Source: an uncultured Actinomycetota bacterium (GTDB lineage Bacteria > Actinomycetota > Acidimicrobiia > Spongiisociales > UBA4744). From it: a stretch of 64,000 nt of DNA. Below are positions 56,677-64,000 of the stretch, one piece after another. The position numbers and the translations under genes are program-made. The notes below the pieces were generated by a model. That model had not been told where the DNA came from and did no database searches. It worked only from the letters and a program-made list of their open reading frames with translations. The stretch is taken from the NCBI GenBank assembly GCA_963715305.1, contig CAVQSB010000007.1, positions 37,576-101,575 of the forward strand, written 5' to 3'. Numbering within the stretch: the stretch's first letter is position 1; every line of letters starts with the position of its first letter.

Positions 56677-59600
56677 ATGGGCGGGCTCTATGAGCTTCTC
56701 ATGACTTTCACGCCTTCCGATTTACGCTCTCGCCTGAACGGGCTCACCCCAAACGACCGGCAGCGGTTCCGTCGCCGGTTGTCCGGCGTAGACCGGATTC
56801 CCGACCCCGTGCGACGGGAAGAGGTCCTGGGGGCGATCGCCGGGGAGATCGACGCGGCCCGCCAAGCACTCGACCGGCGCCGGGCGGCAGCACCGAAGAA
56901 GCTCGCGTATCCGGAGGAGCTGCCCATCACCGGGCGCCGCCGGGACCTGCTCGACGCCATTCGAGATCACCAGGTGGTCATCGTTGCGGGCGAAACCGGC
57001 TCGGGGAAGAGCACCCAGCTTCCCAAATTGTGCTTGGAACTCGGCCGCGGTGTCAACGGGATGATCGGCCACACGCAGCCCCGGCGCATCGCGGCCCGAT
57101 CGATAGCCGAGCGGGTGGCCGAGGAACTTGGCACGACCATCGGCGGGACCGTCGGCTATACCGTCCGGTTCTCCGACCAGGTGGGCGATACCACCCTGGT
57201 CAAAGTGATGACCGACGGCATCTTGCTGGCCGAGATCCACCGGGACCGGCGCCTGTCCCGATACGACACGGTCATCATCGACGAAGCGCATGAGCGCAGC
57301 CTCAACATCGACTTCCTGCTGGGCTACCTCAGAACCCTCCTCCCGAAACGGCCCGACCTCAAGGTCATCATCACATCGGCGACGATCGACACCGAGCGTT
57401 TCTCCGAGCATTTCCATGACGCCCCGGTTGTCGAGGTGTCGGGTCGGACCTACCCGGTTGAAGTCCGCTACCGCCCGCTCGACGATCCAACCGCCCCCGA
57501 ACCACGTGACCAGCCACAAGGCATCTGCGATGCGGTGATGGAGCTCGCCGAGGAGGGGTCGGGCGACATCCTGGTGTTCTGTTCGGGGGAGCGGGAGATC
57601 CGCGACGCCGCAGACGCGCTGGGGGAGCTCGAACTACGTCATACGGAGGTCCTGCCGCTATACGGGCGCCTCTCCGGCGCCGAACAGCACCGGGTCTTCC
57701 AGCCGCATCGGGGCAGACGGGTCGTGCTCGCCACGAACGTGGCCGAAACCTCCTTGACCGTGCCGGGGATCCGCTCCGTCGTCGACGCCGGGACGGCCCG
57801 AATCTCCCGCTACAGCAGACGAACCAAGGTCCAGCGCCTCCCGATCGAGCCGATCTCGCGAGCGTCGGCCGACCAGCGAGCCGGACGGTGTGGACGGCTC
57901 GGCCCGGGCATCTGCATCCGTCTCTACAGCGAAGACGATTACAACGCCCGCCCCGAGTTCACCGAACCGGAGATCCGGCGCACCAACCTGGCCTCGGTCA
58001 TCCTGGCGATGGCCGCTCGTGATCTTGGCGAGATCGAGACGTTCCCGTTTCTCGACCCCCCCGACGCACGCACCATTCGGGACGGAATCGCTCTCCTGGC
58101 AGAGCTGGGCGCGGTCGATCCGGCCCAGCAAGGGACCGGGAGATGGCTGACCAAACGGGGCAGGCAACTGGCCGATTTCCCGCTCGACCTGCGGTTGGCG
58201 CGCATGATTATCGAAGCGGGCCGCAATGACTGCCTCGAGGAGATGCTGGTGATCGCGGCGGCCCTGGCCATCCAGGATCCGCGCGAACGTCCCGTTGAGA
58301 AACGCCAGCATGCCGACCAACTCCACGCTCGTTTTCGTGATGAGGCGTCTGACTTCTTGAGCTGGTTGCGCCTGTGGGCGTACCTGGGGGACGAGCGGCG
58401 GGCCCGTACCTCCAGCCAGTTCCGGCGGATGTGTCGGGACGAGTTCCTCAACTACCGGCGAGTCCGGGAGTGGCAGGACATCCACGCCCAGCTGCGAGAC
58501 GTGGCCCACGAACAAGGGTTCACGCTCAATCGTCAACCGGCTTCGGCCGAAGTCATTCACCGCTCGCTCCTGGCCGGTTTGCTCTCCAATATCGGTCACA
58601 AAGACCCGGACGGGTTCGAATATCGCGGCGGGCGGGGCGCACGCTTCTCCATCAATCCCGGTTCGACCTTGTTCAAACGGTCGCCGGAGTGGGTGATGGC
58701 GGCCGAATTGGTCGACACCAGCCGGTTGTGGGCCAGGGGGGTGGCCGCCGTCGATCCAGACTGGGTTGAGGAAATCGGTGCCCATCTCGTCAAGCGGTCG
58801 TACTCGGACCCGTGGTGGGACCGCGAGCGGGGCACATCGATGGCCCGGGAGACCGTAACGCTCTACGGCCTACCTCTCCACACCGATCGCAAAGTGCAAT
58901 TCGGGCTGGTTGACCCGGCCGGCGCCCGGGAACTGTTCATCCATGGGGCCCTGGTTTCCGGCGAGTGGGAGACCGACCACGCCTTCATGGGCAACAACCG
59001 GGCCCGGATCGCCGAGGTCCACGAACTCGAAGCCCGGCAGCGGCGCGCCGACCTCTTGGTCGACGACGAGGTTGTGTATCGCTTCTTCGATCAGCGCCTT
59101 CCCGCAGACATCAGCTCGGTTCGTCATTTCGATCGTTGGTGGAAGGAAGCCCGGCGCGTGGATCCCCACCAGCTCGATCTCAGTCTCGAGGTCCTCATCG
59201 ACCCGGCTGCCGATCCTGTCGACGCCGGGGCCTTCCCGGAAGTGTGGGCCCACGGCGATCTGGCTTTGCCGCTCACCTACGAATTCGACCCTGGCAGCCC
59301 GACCGACGGCATCACCGTGGATGTTCCCATTCAGGGTCTCGACCGGGTCGATCCGGCCGTGTTCGAGTGGCATGTGCCGGGTCTGCGCGAGGAGCTCATC
59401 ACTGCTCTTATCCGGTCGCTCCCCAAGCAAGTCCGGAAGAGGTTTTCGCCGGTTCCGAACACCGTCCGGGTGTTGCTGGACGGCCTTGACCCCGACGACG
59501 GTGGGTTGCTCCGGTATCTGCGGCGGGAGCTGAGCCGAATCGGCGGTGCCCCGGTTCCGGTCGACGCTTTTGATCTCTCCCTTCTCCCGTCTCACCTTCA

Positions 59601-60579
59601 GCCGACCTTCCGGGTGGTGGATGCTGAAGCCAACGTCCTCGCTGAGGGCAACGATCTGGCGGATCTCAAGACGGCGTTGCGGGAGGAAGCGAAGGCCACA
59701 ATGGCCGCTTCGGGACATGAGCTCGAACAAACCGGATTGACTGCCTGGAGTGTCGGTGAGCTCCCCCGCGTGGTTGAGGTCGGCGGAGCCGCCCACTGGG
59801 TGCGGACCTATCCGGCTCTGGTCGATGAGGGAGCCTCGGTGGGTGTGCGTCTGCTGGCCACTCCTGGCGAGCAAGCCGAAGCCATGTGGGCAGGTACCCG
59901 ACGGCTCCTGCTCCTCAACCTCCCTGCGGCGGGCCGCCTGGTCCGTCCGCTGCTCACCAACGAGGCGACGGCTGCGGTGAAGAGCGGTCCCTACGAGGGA
60001 TCGGCGGAATGGGCGCAGGACTGCCTGACCTGCGCCGTCGATCAGATCATGGGGCAGATGGACGCCCCGGTCTGGGACGGAGTTGCTTTCGAAGTGCTGC
60101 TGACCGCAGCCCGCGACAACCTGGACGAAAGCCTCACGGAGGTGGCCCGAGCTTCGCTTCGAATACTGGAAACCCTGCAACCGGTTCGCATCGCCGTCGC
60201 CCGCGCTCCCGAACGCTTCGCCAGCAGCGTGACCGATATCGCGGAGCAGGTCGATCGTCTGATCTATCCGGGGTTTGTGACCGGGGTGGGGGCAGGCCGC
60301 CTCGGCGACGTCCACCGATACGTGCAGGCCATCGAGCGACGGCTCGACCAACTCCCGGAGCATTACGAACGGGATCGCCAGAGGATGGCATCTGTTCGGA
60401 AACTCGAGGCGGAGCACGATCGGCTGAGAGAAGCGTTGCCGGACTCTGTTTCGGTTTTGGAGATCGCCTGGATGCTACAAGAGCTGCGGGTCAGCCTCTT
60501 TGCCCAGGCGCTTGGCACTCGTGGCAAGGTCAGCGAGAGACGAATTGCCCAGGCGCTCGCCGAAGCTCTGGCCGAATGA
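56677..60579 (+). CDS. hrpA: ATP-dependent RNA helicase HrpA (DEAH box)
   Basis: ORF 56620..60579. Has GETGSGKSTQLPK, IIDEAHERS, TSATID and TNVAETSLT, plus the long HrpA-specific C-terminal region. The start is approximate (ATG 56677). Confidence 0.9.
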   Translation: MGGLYELLMTFTPSDLRSRLNGLTPNDRQRFRRRLSGVDRIPDPVRREEVLGAIAGEIDAARQALDRRRAAAPKKLAYPEELPITGRRRDLLDAIRDHQVVIVAGETGSGKSTQLPKLCLELGRGVNGMIGHTQPRRIAARSIAERVAEELGTTIGGTVGYTVRFSDQVGDTTLVKVMTDGILLAEIHRDRRLSRYDTVIIDEAHERSLNIDFLLGYLRTLLPKRPDLKVIITSATIDTERFSEHFHDAPVVEVSGRTYPVEVRYRPLDDPTAPEPRDQPQGICDAVMELAEEGSGDILVFCSGEREIRDAADALGELELRHTEVLPLYGRLSGAEQHRVFQPHRGRRVVLATNVAETSLTVPGIRSVVDAGTARISRYSRRTKVQRLPIEPISRASADQRAGRCGRLGPGICIRLYSEDDYNARPEFTEPEIRRTNLASVILAMAARDLGEIETFPFLDPPDARTIRDGIALLAELGAVDPAQQGTGRWLTKRGRQLADFPLDLRLARMIIEAGRNDCLEEMLVIAAALAIQDPRERPVEKRQHADQLHARFRDEASDFLSWLRLWAYLGDERRARTSSQFRRMCRDEFLNYRRVREWQDIHAQLRDVAHEQGFTLNRQPASAEVIHRSLLAGLLSNIGHKDPDGFEYRGGRGARFSINPGSTLFKRSPEWVMAAELVDTSRLWARGVAAVDPDWVEEIGAHLVKRSYSDPWWDRERGTSMARETVTLYGLPLHTDRKVQFGLVDPAGARELFIHGALVSGEWETDHAFMGNNRARIAEVHELEARQRRADLLVDDEVVYRFFDQRLPADISSVRHFDRWWKEARRVDPHQLDLSLEVLIDPAADPVDAGAFPEVWAHGDLALPLTYEFDPGSPTDGITVDVPIQGLDRVDPAVFEWHVPGLREELITALIRSLPKQVRKRFSPVPNTVRVLLDGLDPDDGGLLRYLRRELSRIGGAPVPVDAFDLSLLPSHLQPTFRVVDAEANVLAEGNDLADLKTALREEAKATMAASGHELEQTGLTAWSVGELPRVVEVGGAAHWVRTYPALVDEGASVGVRLLATPGEQAEAMWAGTRRLLLLNLPAAGRLVRPLLTNEATAAVKSGPYEGSAEWAQDCLTCAVDQIMGQMDAPVWDGVAFEVLLTAARDNLDESLTEVARASLRILETLQPVRIAVARAPERFASSVTDIAEQVDRLIYPGFVTGVGAGRLGDVHRYVQAIERRLDQLPEHYERDRQRMASVRKLEAEHDRLREALPDSVSVLEIAWMLQELRVSLFAQALGTRGKVSERRIAQALAEALAE

Positions 60580-60697
60580 CGGGACGTCAATGATCTGTCA
60601 CGGTTTTGGAGGGGTTCGTGGCCGTCATCGGCCTTGGTATGGCCGGGATCTGGAAGGGAGCACCCGCCCCGCCACGGCGACCATTAGGGTGTCGGTC

Positions 60698-61171
60698 ATG
60701 AGACCGAGTTGGGACGAGTATTTCCTCGGGCTGGTGGATCAGGTCGGAGCTCGGGCCACCTGTGATCGTGGCAAGAGTGGCTGCGTGGTGGTCAGGGAGA
60801 AGCGCATCATCTGTACGGGGTACGTCGGGTCGCCCTCCGGCTTGCCGCACTGCGACGAGGCCGGCCACGATTTCAAGCAAGTGATCGATGAAGACGGCAC
60901 CACCCGCCAGCACTGTGTTCGCACGGTGCACGCCGAACAAAACGCCATATGTCAGGCGGCCCGATACGGCCTGTCCTTGCAGGGGACGACCCTCTACTGC
61001 TCGATGGAACCCTGCCGGGTGTGCGCCATGCTGATCGCCAGTAGCGGGATAACGCGCATTGTGGCCAGGCGGCGGTACCACGCCGGACAGGACAGCCGCC
61101 GGATTCTGGCGCAAGCCGGGGTGACCCTCGACATTGTCGAAGAGGTCGTCGAAACCTACGAAGGTCAGTAG
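60698..61171 (+). CDS. deoxycytidylate (dCMP) deaminase, ComEB type
   Basis: ATG 60698: MRPSWDEYFLGLV...VHAEQNAI...PCRVCAMLI (HAE and PCxxC zinc motifs). Confidence 0.85.
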   Translation: MRPSWDEYFLGLVDQVGARATCDRGKSGCVVVREKRIICTGYVGSPSGLPHCDEAGHDFKQVIDEDGTTRQHCVRTVHAEQNAICQAARYGLSLQGTTLYCSMEPCRVCAMLIASSGITRIVARRRYHAGQDSRRILAQAGVTLDIVEEVVETYEGQ

Positions 61172-61177
61172 GCCCTC

Positions 61178-61675
61178 GTGAACCTGGACGAGGCGAGTTT
61201 TCTGGACGTGATCGACCGGACTCCACTGGTTTCCATGGATCTGGTCGTTGCCGATCGAGGGAAGCGCATCTTGTGTGGTTGGCGGGTCAACGAACCCGCC
61301 CGGGGTTTCTGGTTTGTGCCGGGCGGTCGGATCCTCAAAGGAGAGACGCTCGACGAGGCGTTCGGCCGGATAGCTAGAGCGGAGTTGGGCAACGGCGATT
61401 GGCGCCGGTCGGAGAGCCGCCTGCTCGGGGTGTTCGAGCATCTCTACGAAACGAACTTCGCGAACGTGCCGGGCATCGGCACCCACTACGTCGTTCTGGC
61501 CTATCGGATCGACGTTGATGTGCGGCCGTCCCCACCAGCCGAGCAGCACTCGAAGTACACGTGGCTTGCGGAATCCGATGCTCGGACGGACGGGTTCCGA
61601 TCTTCCCTCCATCCGAACACGGCTGCCTACTTCGACTTTCTCCAAGAGCCCGAGCCAGAGGCTATGGATCGATGA
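61178..61675 (+). CDS. NUDIX hydrolase (GDP-mannose mannosyl hydrolase-like)
   Basis: 165 aa: FWFVPGGRILKGETLDEAFGRIARAELG (Nudix box). Confidence 0.75.
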   Translation: MNLDEASFLDVIDRTPLVSMDLVVADRGKRILCGWRVNEPARGFWFVPGGRILKGETLDEAFGRIARAELGNGDWRRSESRLLGVFEHLYETNFANVPGIGTHYVVLAYRIDVDVRPSPPAEQHSKYTWLAESDARTDGFRSSLHPNTAAYFDFLQEPEPEAMDR

Positions 61676-62867
61676 GCACCGGACGGCTGCTCATGATCCA
61701 GGCCCCGGCCGCGCCGCACAACTCCTGGTCCGTGACGTACTCGACGAACCCCCCGCCCATCTGGATGACATCGCCCTCCCGGGCGACGAGGACGCCGTCC
61801 TGGTCGTAGATCCTGAGCGGGTTTGATGTGGCGGTGTACCCGAAGGGCCAGACCGGTACGGTGCGGCCGCCGCCTGCATCGGTTTCGGCTCCCGGGAAGT
61901 AGACGCAACCGAGGTCCGCATCGAAGCCGAGTTTAAAAGCACCGAGCGCTTCCATGCCCCCACCGCCCCGATTGGGTTGCGTCAGCAATTCGATATCTCC
62001 GGGACGGGCCGGTGTCTGGGCGGGTAGATCTGCGATCGTGCCGTCGAGGATCTCGATAAATGCGAAGATATCGACGGCCGTTCCGAACTCACTCTCTATC
62101 CGTGATCGGGTGGCACCGTCGAGGTACTCCATCATCACCTCAACCCGATTGGTGAGGACCCCGACCGAAGTTGCACACGTCGCGGTCTGCTCCGGGTCGA
62201 TGACATCGAAGAGTCTGCTTTGAATGTCGAGCAGGGTTGCTTCTGAGTACTCCGCACCATCGACCACACACACGGTCAGGTCACCCCCGGCTGCCTCTTC
62301 GAAGGCGGTCCGTTGGCTTTCAACATCCTCGCCGGTCAGCCACACCGTCAGCACGGCGTTGGCGCCGTCCCACCACATTCCGGCGAAGCGGTCCCGGATG
62401 GTTTCGGTGTACGCCGCGACGGCGTTCATCGGGTCGTCGGGTGGGTTCACCGACATCCTTCCCTGGAGTCCTTCACACGGTGTTGAGAAGTCCGAATCGG
62501 CGAAAGGCGACGGGGTGGGAATCTCGGAGTCGATCACCAGCACTTGGGTTCCGTCGTACCAACCGGTCACTTGCAGCATCACGGGATCGGCGTCCGGCAC
62601 ATCGACGTTGCCGGCGAGCGGGATTCCTGCACAGGTTTCGCCTTGCCCTGCGCAGATCTTCGGGATCCCCCCGGCACCAGCCTGAAGAGATCCCGTGACC
62701 TTGACCAGGACGGACCCTTCGGGTCGATCGGCATCCGGGATGGAGTTGGTGGTCGACGTTGCAACGTGCGAAGTGGCGTCGTCGCTCAACACCTCAGCCG
62801 AGCAGGCGGCCAGAGCGAGGACAGCGGCCACAACCAGACCGGCCATTCGAGATTCCATAGTTGCCAT
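61662..62867 (-). CDS. putative secreted lipoprotein (hypothetical)
   Basis: 401 aa: MATMESRMAGLVVAAVLALAACSAE (lipobox). Confidence 0.5.
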   Translation of the reverse strand: MATMESRMAGLVVAAVLALAACSAEVLSDDATSHVATSTTNSIPDADRPEGSVLVKVTGSLQAGAGGIPKICAGQGETCAGIPLAGNVDVPDADPVMLQVTGWYDGTQVLVIDSEIPTPSPFADSDFSTPCEGLQGRMSVNPPDDPMNAVAAYTETIRDRFAGMWWDGANAVLTVWLTGEDVESQRTAFEEAAGGDLTVCVVDGAEYSEATLLDIQSRLFDVIDPEQTATCATSVGVLTNRVEVMMEYLDGATRSRIESEFGTAVDIFAFIEILDGTIADLPAQTPARPGDIELLTQPNRGGGGMEALGAFKLGFDADLGCVYFPGAETDAGGGRTVPVWPFGYTATSNPLRIYDQDGVLVAREGDVIQMGGGFVEYVTDQELCGAAGAWIMSSRPVLIDP

Positions 62868-62982
62868 TCTCCCGGTGGCGCAACGACTATGTGACGTCAG
62901 AGCGGCACCGGGAGGTTCCCGGCTTCAGTCCCCAGCGACGAAGAATGCCCACCTACCGTCGGTGGTGATCCCCACCCGGTAA

Positions 62983-63567
62983 TCAACGTAGCCGCCGAAC
63001 GAGTCCCAACCCGCTAGCTGGCCCGGCTCCGAAGAGGTCGGCCAGCTCCTGGCGCTGTTCCACGGTTGCATCTGACCAATCGGAAAGGGCGTACACGGCC
63101 GGCCATACGTAGAACACGTTGCCTTCACCAACGTCGAAAAGGGCGGGTTCGAGTTCCAGAAGCTGCACCATGTCGGCCAAAGGTGTCTCGCCGTTTGTCT
63201 CCAGGTCGCCCCAGTACGCGGCAGGGTCGAAGCCTCCTCCAAAGGTGTAGCTGGTCCCATCTGCTTCCGCCATAGAGCCCAGCAGCTCAAAATCGCAGGC
63301 CGTGGCTGCGGCCAGGAGTTCCGACCTCACCTCGGACACGACAGCAGGCAGATCGTTCGGCTGGGCGTCATTGCTGATCGTCAATCCGGTGGCAGAACAG
63401 ATCGGTGGCTGCACCGAGGTTGTTGTCGCCGGTGCGGTTGTCGTAGTTCCGTTGTCTCCGGAAGTAGTTGACGTCAGATTGTCAACCGTATCGGTGCTGT
63501 CGCCGCATGCGAACAGAACCAGGGCGAGAGCGCCGACCATGACTACCGAACGAATTGAGGCTTTCAT
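62983..63567 (-). CDS. putative lipoprotein (hypothetical)
   Basis: 194 aa: MKASIRSVVMVGALALVLFACGDS (lipobox), followed by a Thr-rich linker. Confidence 0.5.
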   Translation of the reverse strand: MKASIRSVVMVGALALVLFACGDSTDTVDNLTSTTSGDNGTTTTAPATTTSVQPPICSATGLTISNDAQPNDLPAVVSEVRSELLAAATACDFELLGSMAEADGTSYTFGGGFDPAAYWGDLETNGETPLADMVQLLELEPALFDVGEGNVFYVWPAVYALSDWSDATVEQRQELADLFGAGPASGLGLVRRLR

Positions 63568-63653
63568 GTACGTCCTTTCATGTCAACGAGTTCTGGCCGG
63601 CGGTCGAAGCTTGTGCATCTTTCCCGTTCTCCGCAGGAACTGGGGCTCCCGGA

Positions 63654-64000
63654 CTAGCCGGCGTCACCACCAGAGATGAGCTCGACGATGGACAACTCGC
63701 CGCCGGACCCCTGGGTGTAGCGAGCGGAGAAGATGAGAGCGTATCCGTCGTAATCGGGAGAAGAGAAGAGCAGTTCGCAGCTGCCGTTACCGGAGGAGTC
63801 AAGCTCGCACGAAGGTACTCACACAACATCCACGATTTCGGCCTGACCGGACTCTTCAGCCGTGGCCACGACACCTGGTTCGGCGATATCTGCCATACCG
63901 GCCCAATCACCTTCGATCCACAAGCTCGTAAACCTATCGAGGAGATCCTGAGGTGAGGCAACAACTATGGAAGGGGCGGTCGCGCTGGAGGTGGTGGTTG
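63654..64000 (-). pseudogene. hypothetical protein, N-terminus outside window, with an in-frame TGA at 63819-63821
   Basis: My minus-strand translation is ...TTTSSATAPSIVVASPQDLLDRFTSLWIEGDWAGMADIAEPGVVATAEESGQAEIVDVV*VPSCELDSSGNGSCELLFSSPDYDGYALIFSARYTQGSGGELSIVELISGGDAG*. The same frame continues on both sides of the stop. Confidence 0.4.

Noticed and set aside
63819-63821. Selenocysteine recoding of the in-frame TGA
   Set aside because: No convincing SECIS-like hairpin lies in the 40 nt downstream, and the window has no selenoprotein context. It is reported only as a nonsense or error site.

Overview
High-GC, Actinomycetota-like chromosomal window with about 70 protein-coding genes on both strands. 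I recognised no rRNA, tRNA, CRISPR array, transposase or integrase. The core is housekeeping. ino1 followed by rpsF-ssb-rpsR-rplI-dnaB is the origin-proximal synteny known from Mycobacterium and Streptomyces. Also present are deoD, pepP, pyrE, nfo, panB, uppS, dinB, hrpA, a dCMP deaminase, two ECF sigma modules, an OmpR-type two-component system plus an orphan PAS kinase, a sugar/polyol-type oxidoreductase cluster, azlCD, and many lipoproteins and membrane proteins. The points worth a second look: (1) a near-perfect 1078/1079-bp tandem duplication at 28158-30314. It has ATGGC microhomology at its junctions and copies the kinase 3' end, a lipoprotein gene and the azlC start region. (2) Two related intergenic elements built from tandem heptamers, at 21656-21709 and 39104-39202. 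The second forms a strand-specific 17-bp G.U-containing stem. (3) An ECF sigma translationally coupled to an Ogt-type alkyltransferase. (4) A second ECF sigma operon encoding a membrane protein with two copies of an unassigned 4-Cys domain, followed by a 7 x 50-aa FG-GAP propeller. (5) An orphan minus-strand terminator behind a possibly structured RNA at 43.86-44.07 kb. (6) A dense cluster of 1-bp frame disruptions in conserved genes between 3.4 and 15.9 kb (argR, NHL-thioredoxin, aminotransferase, hemolysin III, uppS). This is either local assembly error or real gene decay. All calls rest on my reading of the translated ORFs and the raw sequence; no database search was run.
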